Of a stretch of DNA of 64,000 bases, positions 61,233 to 64,000 are shown piece after piece. The notes beneath the pieces were generated by a model. It saw nothing but the letters and a program-made list of their open reading frames with translations, did no database searches and was not told the DNA's origin. The position numbers and the translations under genes are program-made. Where the stretch lies: assembly GCA_050010515.1 (NCBI GenBank), contig JBEKKX010000009.1:1-64000 (forward strand). The letters are read 5' to 3'. Source of the stretch: Candidatus Bathyarchaeia archaeon (lineage in GTDB: Archaea > Thermoproteota > Bathyarchaeia > Bathyarchaeales > Bathycorpusculaceae). Each line of letters begins with the position of its first letter. Position 1 is the first letter of the stretch.

Positions 61233-61709
61233 TTAAACGGTGGCTTGCTGCTCCTTTTCCAGATCCTTTAATGTGTTTTTTGCTTCTTCCACATGCCGTT
61301 GAGTTTGGGTTTGGGAAGAGAAAATGTGCCTGACAACGCCTTGCTTATCAATTATGTAGGTGACTCGTCCAGGAAGTATGCCCATACTTGAGGGAACTCC
61401 GTAAAGTTTGCGTACCTTGTTATCCTCGTCGCTTAGCAGTATGAAGGGTAAGCCATAATGCGTTGCAAAAGACTTATGTGACTCAACACTTTGCCCACTT
61501 ACGCCGAGTACTTCAGCGCCTAGATTTGTTAGTTCTTCGTAGCTATCTCTGAAACTGCAGGCTTCTCTTGTGCAGCCAGGCGTTTCATCTTTTGGATAAA
61601 AGTATAAGACTACGTTCTTTTTGCCGAAGAATTCTGAAAGAGTCACATTGTCCCCCATTTGCGAAGGAAGCGTGAAATCTGGCGCTTTATCGCCAACTTT
61701 AACAGACAT
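61233..61709 (-). CDS. bcp: Peroxiredoxin (BCP/PrxQ type)
   Basis: [20 protein letters not shown]. Confidence 0.92.
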   Translation of the reverse strand: MSVKVGDKAPDFTLPSQMGDNVTLSEFFGKKNVVLYFYPKDETPGCTREACSFRDSYEELTNLGAEVLGVSGQSVESHKSFATHYGLPFILLSDEDNKVRKLYGVPSSMGILPGRVTYIIDKQGVVRHIFSSQTQTQRHVEEAKNTLKDLEKEQQATV

Positions 61710-61809
61710 AAAATCACCAATTAATTACACATTAGAGGGCTATTATTCTTTTCGCACATCCGCTAGTAGGCAGTCAAGTGTTATAAGAAACGAAAATGTA
61801 CTATTAATT

Positions 61810-62415
61810 ATGGAAAAAACATTATCTGTTGCAGGTCATAAATGTCAGGCTTTATACTTCGCTGCGACGGGTGTTCCGATTGTTTTTCTGCATGGATTAT
61901 CTTATACATTAGATATTTGGCAGCGCATTGGAGTAACAGAACTATTAATTGAGAAGCGGGTGCCGTTTTTAGCTTTAGATATGCCTTACGGTTTGAGAAG
62001 CAAGTGCCAACCTAAAACCAGAAACCCCGAAGCTAACGTGGCAGTGGCGGCTGAGGCTGTCAAGAATGTGTTCGGTTCAGCGGTGCCTGTTCTTGTCGGC
62101 GCCAGCATAGGTGGAAACATAGCATTAAGATATGCCACTCGGTTTCCAGTAAAAGGCTTACTTTTGATTGCGCCTGCCCGAGCAATGGACAGAGATTTAG
62201 TGCAGTCTTACGGGAAGTTTAATTTTCCAGTTAAGATAATTTGGGGTTCACAAGACAATTTTATATCAGGGGAAGAAATGAGAACCCTATCGGATAAACT
62301 GCCTAACGCTAAACTTTTAGTCTATAATGGCGCGTCTCATTCAGCGTATAAAGATCAGCCTGAACTGTTCAAACGAGACCTGCTGGAACTTTATGCTGCT
62401 GCTGAGCAAACATGA
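61810..62415 (+). CDS. Alpha/beta hydrolase
   Basis: FLHG, GASIGG, GSQD, HSAY; likely ATG at 61810. Confidence 0.88.
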   Translation: MEKTLSVAGHKCQALYFAATGVPIVFLHGLSYTLDIWQRIGVTELLIEKRVPFLALDMPYGLRSKCQPKTRNPEANVAVAAEAVKNVFGSAVPVLVGASIGGNIALRYATRFPVKGLLLIAPARAMDRDLVQSYGKFNFPVKIIWGSQDNFISGEEMRTLSDKLPNAKLLVYNGASHSAYKDQPELFKRDLLELYAAAEQT

Positions 62416-62417
62416 TT

Positions 62418-62981
62418 TTACTTAGGCAAAGGTTTTGCGGTAACAACGTAATGGTAGCTTCCAACATCTTTAATGCCTTCAATTTGGAAGCCTGCCTTTT
62501 TAATTAAGCTTGATGCATGCTCTTCGCTGAATCTAATTTTGATTGGTGGCCCAAAAGGTATGTCTTGTTTTTTCCAATCTAAATCAACCAGCCGCCCAGT
62601 AGGTTTTGTCATCTGTTTCGCGTTTTGTAGTACTTTAGCTGGATCAGCAAAATCGTGAAGCACCATGCTAAAGAAAACAAAATCAGCGCATTTGCTACAG
62701 AAAACCGTTTCTTCAGCCGCGCTAACCTTGGCAATAATATTTTTTAAGCCTTCTGTTTTGGCTTTGTCGTTTAGTTTTTCAATTGCTGAAGCGTCTGAGT
62801 CCACGGCGTAAACTTTCCCTTTCCAACCTACCTTTTTGGCTGCTAAAATGCTGAAGAAGCCGTCTCCGCAGCCTATGTCTATGAATGTCATGCCCAAGTG
62901 TAAGTCTTGCAGGATAGCCTCTGGAGTATACCATGAGCGTCTAGTTGCTTCGTCTAATGCGAAACCGCCGTGGCAGACCAT
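62418..62981 (-). CDS. Class I SAM-dependent methyltransferase
   Basis: IDIGCGDG, VLHD, DW....FGPP. Confidence 0.88.
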   Translation of the reverse strand: MVCHGGFALDEATRRSWYTPEAILQDLHLGMTFIDIGCGDGFFSILAAKKVGWKGKVYAVDSDASAIEKLNDKAKTEGLKNIIAKVSAAEETVFCSKCADFVFFSMVLHDFADPAKVLQNAKQMTKPTGRLVDLDWKKQDIPFGPPIKIRFSEEHASSLIKKAGFQIEGIKDVGSYHYVVTAKPLPK

Positions 62982-62998
62982 AATGGAAACCCGTTAGG

Positions 62999-63319
62999 TT
63001 ATGGCTGAAGGAGTTCTCTTATTTGTTTCTCATGTGTCTGCCTTGTTGTTAGCGGGTAGATTTCGCGTTCGCACTCAAAAAACAATGGGTCTTGACCTAT
63101 GACTTTTGAAAGTTTCTCGTCTGAATCAACGTTCACTATCAACATGCTGCCCTGCTGCCCAATAAGATGATAGTATACTTCAAGCGTCTTCTCTTTCTCC
63201 AAGTTATCAAAGTACTTGAATTGCAGTGGAAGCAGTTTAGCCCATTTCTCGATGGGAACCTCACGTTTTACTTTTTGTACGATTAAAAACTTCATGTTCA
63301 TCCTTAAAGAACAGTGCAT
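62999..63319 (-). CDS. Muconolactone isomerase/DUF3303-like dimeric alpha/beta protein
   Basis: MKFLI...IVNVDSDEKL...DPL...EIYPL. Confidence 0.6.
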   Translation of the reverse strand: MHCSLRMNMKFLIVQKVKREVPIEKWAKLLPLQFKYFDNLEKEKTLEVYYHLIGQQGSMLIVNVDSDEKLSKVIGQDPLFFECEREIYPLTTRQTHEKQIRELLQP

Positions 63320-63558
63320 GTTTGGATATAAAATCTTTCTTTAAAAGACAAAAAAAAGAGTAAAATCGTTTAAGAAAAATCGCTCATTCTTAGCGCTAAG
63401 CAAGATGGCAACGCTGGGTTGCCTGTAATTAAATGTTCTTGTAGGGCTGAAATTTTGTTATTTCCCAACGTAAGCTTATGAGCAAGCAAAACAAATATTG
63501 ATAAACAAAAATTTTTTTAAAAAATAAGAAAAGATTGTTCATTTCAAGTTCGGAGCGA

Positions 63559-63714
63559 TTACTCTTTCTTTTCTCCGCCGTGCCCCTTCCACATATCCTG
63601 CATCCTCATAGGCATCTTAGACATTGCATCTTTAGCTAAATCCATCAGCTCCTCGTTTACTTCAACCTCTAATGTTACTTTCAATTTGCCTTTCTTTTCT
63701 GCCATTTCAGTCAT
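63559..63714 (-). CDS. Small hypothetical protein (51 aa)
   Basis: MTEMAEKKGKLKVTLEVEVNEELMDL..., preceded by AGGAGGTGG, overlapping the upstream ORF stop. Confidence 0.55.
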   Translation of the reverse strand: MTEMAEKKGKLKVTLEVEVNEELMDLAKDAMSKMPMRMQDMWKGHGGEKKE

Positions 63715-63898
63715 GAAACCACCTCCTGAATCGGCTTAATTGCTTGGGGAATAAGTTAGCGAGAAGATGAATCGCCTGAGTACCAGTTAAATCTAAATCG
63801 ATTTCAATGCGGTAATGGAACTTTCCTAAGCGTTTAGTTTTAGTTTTATAATCTCCAATTGTGCCCGCTTCCTTGAACCTGTGCAGTTGTTGATTCAT
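63707..63898 (-). CDS. Hypothetical protein
   Basis: 63-aa ORF in operon-like overlap with the downstream small gene. Confidence 0.45.
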   Translation of the reverse strand: MNQQLHRFKEAGTIGDYKTKTKRLGKFHYRIEIDLDLTGTQAIHLLANLFPKQLSRFRRWFHD

Positions 63899-64000
63899 TA
63901 ATATAGTTATGGCTGTCGGCGCCAGAGGTTCAAAAACAAAAATAACTCTTAAAAGAACGCGAACAGAACTTCCGATAAGTGATTCAGATACGGACTCTTT

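Overview
Archaeal chromosomal window, most consistent with Bathyarchaeia (inferred from gene content and protein style: PolB, archaeal DnaG, aIF2b, aIF1A-RIO1-KH cluster, archaeal TyrRS/MetRS, an eL22-like protein). Housekeeping blocks (3.4-26.7 kb and 44-63 kb) flank an accessory island of about 15 kb (about 27.2-42.1 kb) that lies off the 3' end of tRNA-Gly(GCC). The island carries (i) a tightly packed four-gene short prokaryotic Argonaute locus: a CoiA-like PD-(D/E)XK-APAZ fusion, an inactive short pAgo, a 131-aa unknown and a HEPN RNase-like gene; and (ii) an orphan small-gene/terminase large subunit module with no portal or capsid genes, inside a ~190-bp imperfect inverted repeat rich in ATGTTGAA boxes. 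The left end holds the tail and right end of an IS200-type element, a Cas1-like C-terminal remnant and a dispersed CA/GT-rich repeat family. Other oddities: a PolB with degenerate proofreading motifs, a CysRS paralog with altered metal ligands and no anticodon domain, two genes that seem to need non-canonical starts, and poly-Asn tracts. All assignments come from motif recognition by eye; no database searches were run.
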